A stretch of DNA of 64,000 nt from assembly GCA_973895155.1 (NCBI GenBank), contig OZ316893.1, positions 22,355,844 through 22,419,843 of the forward strand. The letters run 5' to 3'. Shown piece after piece: positions 47,308 to 58,699 of the stretch. The stretch comes from Marsupella aquatica. Its lineage: Eukaryota > Plantae > Marchantiophyta. Position 1 is the stretch's first letter. Each line of letters opens with the position of its first letter. Both the position numbers and the translations under genes were made by a program. Under the pieces are notes generated by a model. The model saw nothing but the letters and a program-made list of their open reading frames with translations, did not search any database and was not told where the DNA came from.

Positions 47308-50300
47308 ATGTCTACTTCCTCCAGTTCTGAAGCTTCCACCACCTCTGCCAGTTCTCAAGAGTCATTGAACTTCAATTATAACTCTCTGTATGAATATGAC
47401 CCTGAAGACCCGGATGTCCAAAAATTGGTTAACAATGCGTTGGAGGCGTCAAAGAAAGCCCAGTTAACTTTTCCACGTAAGGCATCACCTGCTTCAACTT
47501 CTTGCCTCGCCCTAAGGGCGAGGCAACTTTACTTTAATTTGGATTTCAAACTTCTTATTAGGAAAATTTCTATATTCCTTTGCAGTCGCCTCGCCCCAAG
47601 GTCGAGGCGACGTCTACTTCATTCTAGATTTCTTGTTGCTCCGAAGGCGTATTGGACCTTGTATCTTACATTAATAAAGGATCTTTAGCTATATTCTATT
47701 TTTTGCCTCGCTCTTGGGGCGAGGCGATGTTGTCTGCATTCCTCAAATGTAGTCTACATTCCCAGAAGTTGCCTCGCCCTTGGGGCGAGGCGATGTTATC
47801 TGCATTCCTAAATGTTGTCTGCATTCCCAGAAGTTGCCTCGCCCTTGGGGCGAGGCGATGTCCTCTACATTCCTAAATGTTGTCTGCCTTCCCAGAAGTT
47901 GCCTCGCCCTTGGGGCGAGGCGATGTTATTTGCATTCCTAAATGTTGTCTGCATTCCCAGAAGTTGCCTCGCCCTTGGGGCGAGGCGATGTCCTCTACAT
48001 TCCTAAATGTTGTCTGCCTTCCCAGAAGTTGCCTCGCCCTTGGGGCGAGGCGATGTCCTCTGCATTCCTAAATGTTGTCTGCTTTCCAGAAGTTGCCTTG
48101 CCCTTAGGGCGAGGCGATGTTGTCTGCATTCCTAAATGTTGTTTGCTTTCCTAGAAGTTGCCTCGCCCTTGGGGCGAGGCGATGTCGTCTGCATTCCTAA
48201 ATAATGTTTGATTGCTTGGATGAGGTGGCAGGGCTAATTGCACTAGGAGCAAAGAAGATTTTGCAATCTTCTATTTGTCGCCTCACCCCAAGGGCGAGGC
48301 ACCTTGAAAGTTTTCCACATGTCAATGTTAAAAATATGATGCTGACCATTTTGTTTTCAATGTTTCTTACCAGGAAAAAATCTTGAGAAGCCGGAGTTAA
48401 ATATTATGGACGAGGATATCAAGGACTTTGTTTAACCTGACCAAGATACTCCAGGATTTAGATGGGCACTAGAAGTTGGGGTGTCGGCGGAAGGCAGTCT
48501 CTTGATTTGTTTCAAGGGCCTCACAAGTCAATTGAATGACCGCAAGACAATTGTTACTCTAGGTCCAGTCGTCCTTGTGAACACGGACAACAACCGCAAT
48601 GCAACGATTATTGTTGAGTCCAATGAGAAATCTCAGTGGATGAGACTTCTAGTGCCAATAAAACTCTACTCGACTTTACTGAATGTTGAGTGGATGGCTC
48701 GATTGGAGATAAGCGTAGCTGATATGGGATTCTTCCCAGATGGAGTAACAATTGATCAGATGTTTGAGAAGACGCATTCTCAAATAAGTGGAGTTGACCT
48801 AGTGTTTGGATTTCTCTACGTAAAGAAGCACATGCATGACAATGCGGACAGTGTAGACCCTCCGTCTACTTGGATAGTTCAAAGGATGATTGATAAGGCA
48901 CATTTTTCATATGAGCAAGCAATCGACAAGAGTTTCATTTTTTGTCCAGAGTTTCAAGAGGCCGCGTGCCGGACGTGGATTTCAGAGATGAAGAAAAAAG
49001 AAGCAAATCATAAGGCAAAGGAGAGAAAGAAGATAGTGGAAAGAAGTGCGCAATCAAAGACAGAGAAGAAACAAAAGCTTCAAGAGCCGGTTGTTCAACA
49101 AGAGAAACAATCTGGGAGTTCACGCCGTAAGAAGATGGCTAAAAAAAATGAAGATGATGAGGGCCCCCAAAAAAAGCAGACGAAGAAGGCAAAGGTTGAA
49201 AAATCAAAACCAATGTCAAGGTCGACTTCAAACTTTGTCTTGCATCCAGAGGATGATATGTGTCCGACAGAAGGACCCAAAGAAGATGATGTGCTCAAAG
49301 GCCAAGAGGTTTTGCGTAATATTGAGCAGTATTATACTTTTGGCATCCGCGAAGTTTTTGATATTCCTGTAAAAAGTATTAATCCGCCATCGGCCGTTTT
49401 TGTATATCGAATGTTCAATCTTTCGCATGCAATGGAGATATCAAAGTCTATGATGAAAAACCCTGGACAGGAACCACAAGTTGCTGATTTGATTCCGTAT
49501 CGCGAGAGCACTAAATAGTTGCTTCATTATGACAACACACCTCAGGATAGGAAAGAGTTTTTGATTGGTGTGAAGAAGCATGAGATCCAATTCCTTGCCA
49601 TCAGTGGCCAGCATTCTGCAAGAGCTGCCCAATGGATCCAAGGGTGGGCCGAGACTGACGCCAAGCTGACAGATCTTGCCAACAAACTAAAGTATAGGAA
49701 AGCAAGGATCCTATCTGACCTCACTCTGAAGACAATTTTGGTTGAGCATTCAAGTTTATCGAATGCTGTCAATGATACTATGCAATTTAAGTCTTGTTTT
49801 TTAGAGACTATTGTTCATGCACGAAGGCAGTTTGAGGAGTGCGGGAAACCATCGCGTCCAGGGATTGGGACCAATCAAAATACAGACAGGAAAAACTATC
49901 AGGTACATGTTGGAGCAACGCAAACTATTCTTGATCCGCTTTGTTTAAAGATTGTCAATGGTAGAGGTTTGCCTCGCCCCAAGGGCGAGGCTGCCTTTTC
50001 TTGTTTTCCTTGGTTAAATGAGGGCGAGGCAACCTAGACTAGTCTCTCTAAGAATAATTCCCTAGTTCCGTTTCAGTCAATTGCGGTTAGATGTAGAGGT
50101 TTGCCACGCCCTTGGGGCGAGGCGGCTTAGCCTATTTCAAACATAGGTATAAATTTTCTAACATATGCATTGTACCCTGAAACTAATGTCAAGTCCATTG
50201 GATATGCAGGATTGGTTTGCCCTGGCAAAGGTTACAATGGGGAAGTCAAGCCTAAAGAGCATTTATTGGTTACTTTTTGCCGAAGATGAGCTCTTTGAAT

Positions 50301-53300
50301 TATGGTGGAACGTGTGTGCAAAATGGTTGAGTGGGAAGCTCCAAGACGGGGCTGGTGGGTATGGAGGGCCAAGACCCCCAAAATTGATCACTCCCGGTAC
50401 CTTTCGATGCTTTGAAGGAGAGATTAGTAGCAAACAGATAATTGAGATCTTGAAGGACGTTGAAGAGGAGCGTGTCTTGCTGAAGAAGGATATCACCAAC
50501 AAATCAGAGCTTGTTGCAATGGGAGACTTGGCCCTTACAATCAAGATAATGTCCAAATTGAGAACAGTCATTATTGGCTATTTCGTGGAAAAGTATCGTG
50601 AGAAGTTTCCTGTTGGCACATCTTGGGAGTCTCTGGTGATATTGTTGCCTTCCTTGAAATCTGAGCTTGAGATGACAAAATTGAGGAGAGTAGCGGGTGA
50701 GGTTTACCTCAACAATTCATTGAAGAAGAATGTGGTCAAGGAGAGTTTCCCACAAAGTCTAATGGTCAGACTAGATGGGTTGTATTGTAAAGAATTTGGT
50801 GGGATTGGTCGTTCTCGCACGGAGCCTTTCTTGACATTTTTTAGTGAGAATTTGATGAAGACGACCGTGCCGGAAATGCTACAAGAGCCTTCGCCTTTGT
50901 GTCCTCTTGCCATTGTTGACTTCCATAGACTCCGACAACATGTTTGGACCGATGCTGAAATTATTGCATTACTGCAATACATTGTGGATCTTCCAAGAAA
51001 TCCAACAATTGTTGTTGTCATGACTGTGCATCCGGGGCCACTTGCTGCAAACATTTTGAGTGCCCTTAGGAAATTGCAACATGAAAAGGGAATGGACATC
51101 CACGTTGACTACGGGAGCTATCGACGGAGTGATACACTAGTTCCAGAGGGCTTACTTTTCAGTTGTGGTATGGAGGAGATAATCTTTGCAGGAATCACCA
51201 CTGAGGAGAAATTTGATTGGAAGCAAGTGTTCAGGCCTGGATTTAATTGCCAATTTTCTTACAATTCGGCAATCGACCCTGATTTCCAAGTGGAAGACAA
51301 GACGAAGAAGCGAGATAAGAATAAGAGTAAGACAAGTAAGGAGACAGAGACTGAGTCAACTTCGGCATTTCACATTGGAGATTTCTTACGAAAGGCTCCC
51401 ATGTTTGAGATGGTGGGAAGTAGAGGTGGCTTTGTGAATATTCACGCTAAGCCAAAATGTATGCTGTAGAGTATTATTGAATTTTTTTTGGCTGAAGGGG
51501 AGACTATACTTGACTTTTTCTCAGGAGGACAGGTTATGAAGGTGTCATTGTTGTGTTTCAGAGAATGCTTTGCGTATTCAGACACTGAGGATGAATATGA
51601 TTTCACTCAGGCATATGGAAGGGTTCTCTGCGAGAAAGTTCCTTCCATAATGAGTGACCGGATGGGCGGTTCCAAATTTGGTAGAGCCCGCGATGGGGTT
51701 TTTGAGCATGTTGGTGCCAAAGAAGGCGTAGACCAGGGCAAAGATGATATTGAGGAAGGAGAATTGGGTCACGACACAGATGACAGGGTCACCCGAAATT
51801 TGGATGAACGTGGAACACAAGTGGTACGTATTCCCTACTTTGGTGTGGGGTTGGCTGATGTTGTGGGTCGACCTGAGGGCGACCCACCAAGAAATCCCTT
51901 TGCCGGTGTAGAGAATTGGATGCACCAATCGGACCCAGATCTTACATTGTCCACATCGGACGCACATTGGAAGGCAACCGCAGATGCTCTAGGCAATATT
52001 GACGCAGTAGAATTGGGAGAAATGTCAGACATTGCGCTTGCAAAGGAGGATGATCGTCAAGTACCTGAGACCGCTGCAAATGAAGAAGAGAAGGCAGGTG
52101 CTTCAAATCCTCCCCTGTCTCCTCTATATTGCTCATCAGAGACTAAATTGGTTTTTACAAGTGCTTCTACAGGAAGCCCCGTAGTATTATCATTTTCACA
52201 AAATTCTGGATCCGAGATCGGCAGGACTGGATATATGAAAACAATCCGTCCTGCAACTCATTTTATATGGAGAAATGGACCAAAGGTTGGAATGATAGAA
52301 TCACTAGACGATGCTCCAAAGATAATGGCAAAATCAGATTACAAAAAACTGAACTTGAGACTGAGCCCAGTTTTTGCACCCCCATCCTTTGAAGAGCAAC
52401 TTCCCAGTGGTATCAATTCCGAGATACAGAGTGTTCTAGGTGATCAAACAATAGATGAATTTGGGCATTTTAGCATTGGAAATTATTAGCCCTTTCTTTG
52501 GTTCTTGGTATTTTAATGACAATCTAAGCTTTATCTTTGTAATAATATACTTTTTTACAGACCAAAGTTCCGTCGTAGAATCTCCTTCCTCAAAGGATTT
52601 TGTTGGCATTCCCTCGGAAAGCGTTGCTGTGGAGGAAGGGTTTGACCCAGGTATACTTTGGATCTAAAAAATGGCAATTGAATGTAATTAATGTTTTTTT
52701 AGGAGGGTCGCCCCAGGGTCGTTCCTCTCTACTTCAAATGCTATAACAAAGTTTGTTTGATTTCAAATTTTGAGAGTTTTCCTCCGTAGTAATTGTTTAA
52801 ACTTTGAGTCGCATTGACTAAGGGCTTATGTTAATGTTTCCAGAATTCACTCCAATACTACACTCTCCGATCCGACGAAAGCTCTTGGTTCTTGACCTTA
52901 ACAAGATTTGTTGGGATTGCATTAAGACCAGAAGCTCAGGACCATGGCGAAATCAGACAAGTTTACGTGGTGTGCACTGGGGGAGACGTGGAGGGTTTAA
53001 TTTCATGTATGTGGAGCGCCCATACCTCCACAAATTTCTATATGCAGCTTTCATGGTTTTTGACGTCGCAATTTGGACCTGTGCAAGGAGGCCAAAAACA
53101 ATGGACTTAATGGAGTTGATTTTCACTGAGGAGGAGCGACAGAAGTTCAAGTTTGTCTTTACTCAAGAAGATACCTTTGATAGTTGCATCCAAAGGCCAG
53201 ATATAATAGATGGGAAGGCCAATTTACTTCTGAAGAATTTGCAAACTATTTGGGACCGTTTTCCAGAAAAATATGATGCTTCTAATACAGTTCTTATTGA

Positions 53301-53883
53301 TGATTCTCCATTGAAGGCATTTTTGAATTATGACATGAATGGATTGTTTCCAAATCCATTTACTCACACAGCTTCAAATGACACTTTTTTGCCTGAGATA
53401 TTATGGCCGTATCTTTGCAAATTGAGAAAGGCTTACTGCGTTCAACATTATATCACTGTCAACAATCCAAAGTGGTCTGTTTTCAATTTATTAACAAGCA
53501 AGGAGGATCATGCTGCCATCTATGCTCTTTTGGAACAGAAGTGGGGAGATTGTCGTTGTATCCATAGGGAGTTTGGAACCATCTTGGATGTGACTCCTGA
53601 AGAGATTCCTTGGGACGGAAAGAACGAGGTGCAGCATTACCCACCACTGGAGACGTGGACCACGGATGAGATCGAAGAAACTGCAAACGTAATACTTGGA
53701 GACAACTATTCTGGTCCTCATACACAAAATAGAAGGCATTTTATTTGGAAAGTTCTAAGAACTAGGGATCTCACCAATAAGTTTAAGAACCACCATGCGA
53801 AAGATACTTGCAACCGTGACATCCGCTATGATAAATCAGGAAGCAGACTTTCTTGTTCAAATGAGTTTTGTCTTGATCATTAG
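47308..53883 (+). pseudogene. Spliced accessory gene of element B: ParB/Srx-like, amino-methyltransferase-like and FCP1/NIF HAD-like domains
   Basis: Phase-compatible exons 47308-47476, 48374-49902, ~50210-52439, 52561-52651, 52844-53883. Motifs FDIPVKSI...FLAISGQHSARA; HAKP...IIEFFLAEGETILDFFSGG; KLLVLDLN...RPYLHKFL...VAIWT...LKNL...NTVLIDDSP. Three stops (48433, 49516, 51467). Confidence 0.7.
47703..48201 (+). repeat. 65-bp tandem array, 8 copies, each with a 25-bp palindrome, in intron 1
   Basis: TTGCCTCGCCCTTGGGGCGAGGCGA at 47703, 47769, 47834, 47899, 47964, 48029, 48093 and 48158. Confidence 0.95.
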
Positions 53884-56159
53884 GAGATAGGGTTGCTCTA
53901 GTGCCTACCCTGAATTGTACATTCATATTATGTCTTGAAAGGATATGTTTTGAACATGTAGGATAAAGTAAATAATTAGGATATATGCTTAGTGTGAGGC
54001 TCTCTCACTGGACTGGACAATTTAATAATTATATAGTGGGTCAATCTCATTTTGACCCTTGATTTATGACCATCTATATTTTTTAATTTATAGATGGTCT
54101 GAGTGGTATTGGCCTCTGATTTTTGGACTAAATTAAATTTACTCTAATTTTTAAATTAATTAGAATATATGATTTAAGTTATTATTAAACATTTGGGTGA
54201 AAAAAAACAAAATTTTGGGCGTTCAAAAGTGTCTATTTGGGCTGAAAAAAATTAGCTTTTGGGAATGCTTTAATAGAAATTTGGCCTGAAAAAAAATAAC
54301 TTTAGGGTTCATCTTATGGACTTTTAAAAGTACAGTTTTAATGAATATAGTGATCAAGGCACATCATAGCAGCATTGGAGAGAGTGCAGGGGAGGCCAAC
54401 CATCACTCACCGGATGGGGCAAGGCGGCTCCAATTGATTGAAGGCTGAGTTTGTAAGTGCCCTCCCTCTCCTCCCCACCTTGACTCCCTGATCACCTGAC
54501 TCCTCGCACGAAGAATGAGTTGTTTGTGCCTTATGTCTTTTGTTTAAACCCTTTGCAAAACTCATTTTTGCTCTCGGGCCTGTTCTTTCCGATACTCATC
54601 CGATAGGTTTTGCATCGGAAGCAGCATCGGACACCGTGTCATGCCATTTTTCTTGTTACACATCCGATAGACGTCCGATGCAGGATGTATCGGACTTTGC
54701 ATCGGACCCCTCGGCAAAACATTTAAATTTTTGAATGAACGTACTTAACGTTAATTTTTACTAGGGTAGGGTATAAGTTAGGGTGAACTATGGTTTAAGG
54801 TTACATTAGGGCTATGTAGGGTGGCTTGGTTTAGGGTAGGGCACGCTAATACTAGATTTGATATTAACCTTAGGGCCTCTATGGTTTGGATCTTTAAATT
54901 TCAGGAGCGGGAGTATGGTCGTCCTATTGCGCCGTTGGAGAGGAATTTGGCAAAGACGGATGGACCCCGCGCTCTAAAGCGCCACCTTGAGGATGAGTTG
55001 GGAGAGGTAAGTGTTCACCCTAGGGTGATATAATGTTTAAGGTTGTCATGAATTTGTTAGAGTTATGGTCGGGACCATTCATTCTAATTGCAATTAAACC
55101 CTATTGCACAAGATGAGGAGGGGTCTGGGTCGGAGGAGTTGGACTCAGATTCTGAGCAGGATGCTGAGGCAGGGTTGGGGAGGATGCCCACAGTCACCCG
55201 TAATCCTCAGGTCCGAGGTATTGTTGCCCCATCTGGTGCCGTTGCCCCATCAGCAGGGAGGGGTGGGTCACATGTTGCTGATGGTGTGGGCTCCCATCGC
55301 TCTGGAGCATCACGGGGTGCGGGGCCCAGGCACTCAGGGGGTAGTAGAGGTGATGGCATGGGACGAGGCGATCGCGTAGGAGTATCTGGTGCAGGTGGCC
55401 CTTCCCAACGAGGTAGTGGCGACATGCCGGATGGTGGATCTAGAGGGCGCGCACCATCTCGTGAGTCTGGTGGGAGTATGTCAGCACGACATGGGCCACC
55501 CACAGGATCTGTCGGTGCACCGTCCCATCACTCTAGCAGGTCTGCGGGAGGAGCTGAGGCGTCCTTTCACTCTGCCGTGTCGGGGGTTGGTGGGACATCT
55601 ACCTTGCCTGACCACCCTAGCGGTGCATCTAGTGGGTCACGGTCTAGGCCTGCATCAGGCCAACCCATGCCATCTGGTGAGCAGGTGGCTGCCACGGTTG
55701 TGGGCAGCCAGAGGGAGGAGGGCTCTCATGATGCTAGACCTGTACCACCCCTTCGTTCTCGCCCAAAGAAGAAGATGGGACGCAACACACCTTTTTAGAG
55801 GTTAGTTGCATTTAGGTGGCCGGGTATCTAGTGCTAGACAGCTTTGATTAGACACTCACTAGGAGGTACCTTGTATATAGCTCAGTGTAGTCTCTAGTCA
55901 AAGCTCTCTTTACATCTTCTATCGTGCCATCACGACCAGGATGGGTCTACCCAGTAGGCCTAATCCATTTTGTACATATTGGGGTGATCCCCTTTTTGAA
56001 TATGATATTTTGACCTCGTGTTTATAGCATTATTTTTGGTTCCTAATTGGTGTATGTCACCTTCAACCCTAAACCAAAACCCAAACCCCCAAAAAACCAC
56101 CCATGAAACCCTGTATTCCACCCCCAGAACATTTGATAATCCGTTGCAAGTCTGTTACC

Positions 56160-56647
56160 ATCCGTATCGGTAATATAGCAGTGTCCGATGCTGCTGCCTT
56201 TGAACTTTCCCATCCCCAACGCATCGGACCCCTCCTTCAAGGTTCCCATCTTAAACATATCGGATAGTCCGATACAAAAACTAACGCACTTTTCGTTATT
56301 ATAAATAACGCAATGTCCAATAAAAATTACTTCGCAAATTGCCATATCAAATATATCGGACATCCCGATCTAAATAGTATCGGACATAGGAAATCGTCGT
56401 GTGCGTCGCGTGTTAGTTATCCGATTCATTTTACATCGAACATAAAATATCCGTAACACGTTACAACGGAACGTCCGTTGTCCAAAATATCGGAAAGTCC
56501 AATGGAAGTCCGATGGTCGATATGCGATGGTTTACGCATCGCAAAGTGCGTTGGGAATTGCATCGGATGATAGAAATTTTTTCGTCAATTTTCCTGAAGG
56601 GATCCGATGTAAATCCTATCGAATAAAGGCCCGAAAATATACTAGTG
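56160..56647. repeat. Subterminal repeats and right TIR of element A
   Basis: Many TCCGAT/ATCGGA motifs in both orientations, ending in ...ATACTAGTG. Confidence 0.8.
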
Positions 56648-56925
56648 TAATTCCAACTAGAGTTGAAGCAAATACTAATACGAACTGAACAACCCAATCA
56701 TAGTTTTAACTTGCCAAATGAATCGCTTAAATTATATAAATAGATTAACTTACTCTGGAATTTTGTGAAAAATTAGATTAGTACTTAACATAATATAGAA
56801 AACACTTGTCTAATACATCATGTAGTCATTGAAATTAGGCAAAGCAAACTAATAGCTTAGGCAAAGCAAACTAAAACTATCTAGCCCAGCTATACTCCGC
56901 TTTTGATTGCTCACTTCCTGAGGAG

Positions 56926-58695
56926 GTGATGGAGAGAGATTATCTTATGGAAGAAATCTCCAAGTTGTGGGAACAAGATGAAATTATGCCTACTACAGCA
57001 GAAGAGGCAAACGTCATATCGCCAGCTTCTCCAGGCAGCCGGGCAAGTCTTCACAATTCAAGTCCTTCAGATGAGGTACCCATGGACCTAGAAGCACTTA
57101 CTACAGATGCTGAGATGATAGACTACCCAGGGATCACCTCACCACCCCTTTCCACAGGAATTGGGAAGTTTCCTATTCGACTTGCACAGGACGACTCCAA
57201 TCAGACCCTGATCAGTAAGGTGTGTGCTTTGCTCAACTGTGACTTTCATTCACTGTACGAGACCATTGAGCAATTGCGCCATGACGCAGTGACACAGGTT
57301 CCTCCTTCTGCACTTTCATCTCCGGATCATGAGAATTCGCCATCATCTTCACCTCCAGCAGAAATTCAGCTCTCCACAGAGGAACTTTTTGCTGTTAAGA
57401 CCGTGGCTCAAATCTCAGTTCCATCCCCTACAGACTTGAAGGAGACCTCACCTACAAATTCAGAGCCTCCTCCCTGCTCATCTATAGAACATCACTCCTG
57501 CCTTAAGATTGTCCATGAGTTAACTACTATGTTAGGCTGCCGTTCAGAAGAAGTCACCTCCATAGTCGATGAATTTCTTGATAGACCTGAACCTTCACGC
57601 TCCCCACTGCCATCCTCTCAGTTTCCCTATAGTCCTGATTCAAATTATGAGCCTACTGATAGTCTACCTCATAAATCTTTGCACTCCACACAGCCCTTCT
57701 CTCAGCAAGGATTTCCCTTTTCTGAAGATTCTGATCCTCCATCCACACCAGGATACTTCTTTCCCTATGATATTCCAGTCTGTGACTCACCAGATCAGGG
57801 ATTCGAAAGAGTTAATGCAGCCTTGCGATCTAACCCCAACCTTGTTGCAGTTGTCACTTCTTCTACCCAGACTCCTAGAAACGCTATCATCTATAAAATG
57901 GAGCCTAGAACACCAGAGCAACAAGTCCAGAAGTATGTCACCACTTGTAAGGTTATGCATGCCAATACACCGCCTATAAGTGAGTTCTGGAGGTTTTATT
58001 ATTTGAAGAAAGCAGAGGCTAGCTACATTTTTGATCTCAGGATGATTGGTACCTCTCGCGTGGAGTTGGCTCAGTTTGATGAGTACTGGACAGATTCAGT
58101 CTACTTCCAACCTATACTGGCCGTTATGTTTCTACAAGGTGATGTTGAAGTTGATGACCCGGATTTAATCCTGGCCTATTTGGGAAATATAGCCGCTTAT
58201 GCTTTAGATTTCTTACTGATTTTTCTAAAACAGAGCAACAAGTCTACTACCCCTGATCACTCATATATTCCCACTGGACCCAAGGTTATCCTTACTTCAA
58301 CCACTTCTTATGAAGACAAGCAGCGAGTATGGAACAACATCAGCACGCATCAGCTAACAAACTACACTCGCTACTTCCGGGATGTGCAGTGGAAATTACG
58401 ATCCTCCTACAACAAGATGCTGAGTACAGAGATGTTCTTACAATTCTACCCATCTGTCTACGCCAACTCGTGCAATTGTTTAGATGTCATAGGCATCGTA
58501 CGGGAAGCAATCAGAATCAACCAGTGCTTTTTGGAGAAAAGGATGCCACTTATGTATTGGGGAAGACAGATGAGATGTCTACCTTACATCCGGGATCAAC
58601 CTCACTGTGATGAAGTAAGGGAAGCTATTCGGACGCGCACTATTTGGAAAGTAGAAATTAGAGAACCAGAGGATATTCGACAACCAAAAGATTGA
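56926..58695 (+). CDS. Intact 589-aa ORF of unknown function, probably retroelement-associated
   Basis: Uninterrupted and intronless; S/P-rich N-terminal half with two helical repeats and an aromatic-rich C-terminal ~270 aa; followed by LTR-like sequence. Confidence 0.7.
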   Translation: MMERDYLMEEISKLWEQDEIMPTTAEEANVISPASPGSRASLHNSSPSDEVPMDLEALTTDAEMIDYPGITSPPLSTGIGKFPIRLAQDDSNQTLISKVCALLNCDFHSLYETIEQLRHDAVTQVPPSALSSPDHENSPSSSPPAEIQLSTEELFAVKTVAQISVPSPTDLKETSPTNSEPPPCSSIEHHSCLKIVHELTTMLGCRSEEVTSIVDEFLDRPEPSRSPLPSSQFPYSPDSNYEPTDSLPHKSLHSTQPFSQQGFPFSEDSDPPSTPGYFFPYDIPVCDSPDQGFERVNAALRSNPNLVAVVTSSTQTPRNAIIYKMEPRTPEQQVQKYVTTCKVMHANTPPISEFWRFYYLKKAEASYIFDLRMIGTSRVELAQFDEYWTDSVYFQPILAVMFLQGDVEVDDPDLILAYLGNIAAYALDFLLIFLKQSNKSTTPDHSYIPTGPKVILTSTTSYEDKQRVWNNISTHQLTNYTRYFRDVQWKLRSSYNKMLSTEMFLQFYPSVYANSCNCLDVIGIVREAIRINQCFLEKRMPLMYWGRQMRCLPYIRDQPHCDEVREAIRTRTIWKVEIREPEDIRQPKD

Positions 58696-58699
58696 AGCA

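Larger units (their letters stand above)
18983..54352. mobile_element. DNA transposon B: 20-bp CACTA-like TIR, 2-bp TSD, about 13 kb net of nested inserts
   Basis: CACTATATTCATTAAAACTG at 18983-19002 and its exact reverse complement at 54333-54352. Flanks AT|...|AT. Excision restores the host TnpA frame. Confidence 0.92.
18091..55798 (+). pseudogene. TnpA-like (Transposase_24-type) gene of element A, split by element B
   Basis: 18091-18982 (YWGKK...GCPDDVSPDEWAAW) rejoins 54355-54452 in frame (PRSRHII...THRMGQGG). GTAAG donors at 54453 and ~55007; exon 54905-55006; G/S-rich last exon ending 55798. Stops at 18667 and 54435. Confidence 0.7.
1811..56647. mobile_element. Outer CACTA/EnSpm element A (left end outside window), host of the nested insertions
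   Basis: Right terminus ...GGCCCGAAAATATACTAGTG (reverse complement CACTAGTATA...) at 56647 with a TCCGAT/ATCGGA subterminal repeat field. TnpD on minus, TnpA-like on plus. The TnpA frame rejoins across the 35-kb insertion. Confidence 0.8.

Noticed and set aside
47703-48201. CRISPR-like look: palindromic repeats at regular spacing
   Set aside because: The spacers are near-identical to each other, there are no cas genes, and the array lies in a spliceosomal intron; it is a tandem repeat.
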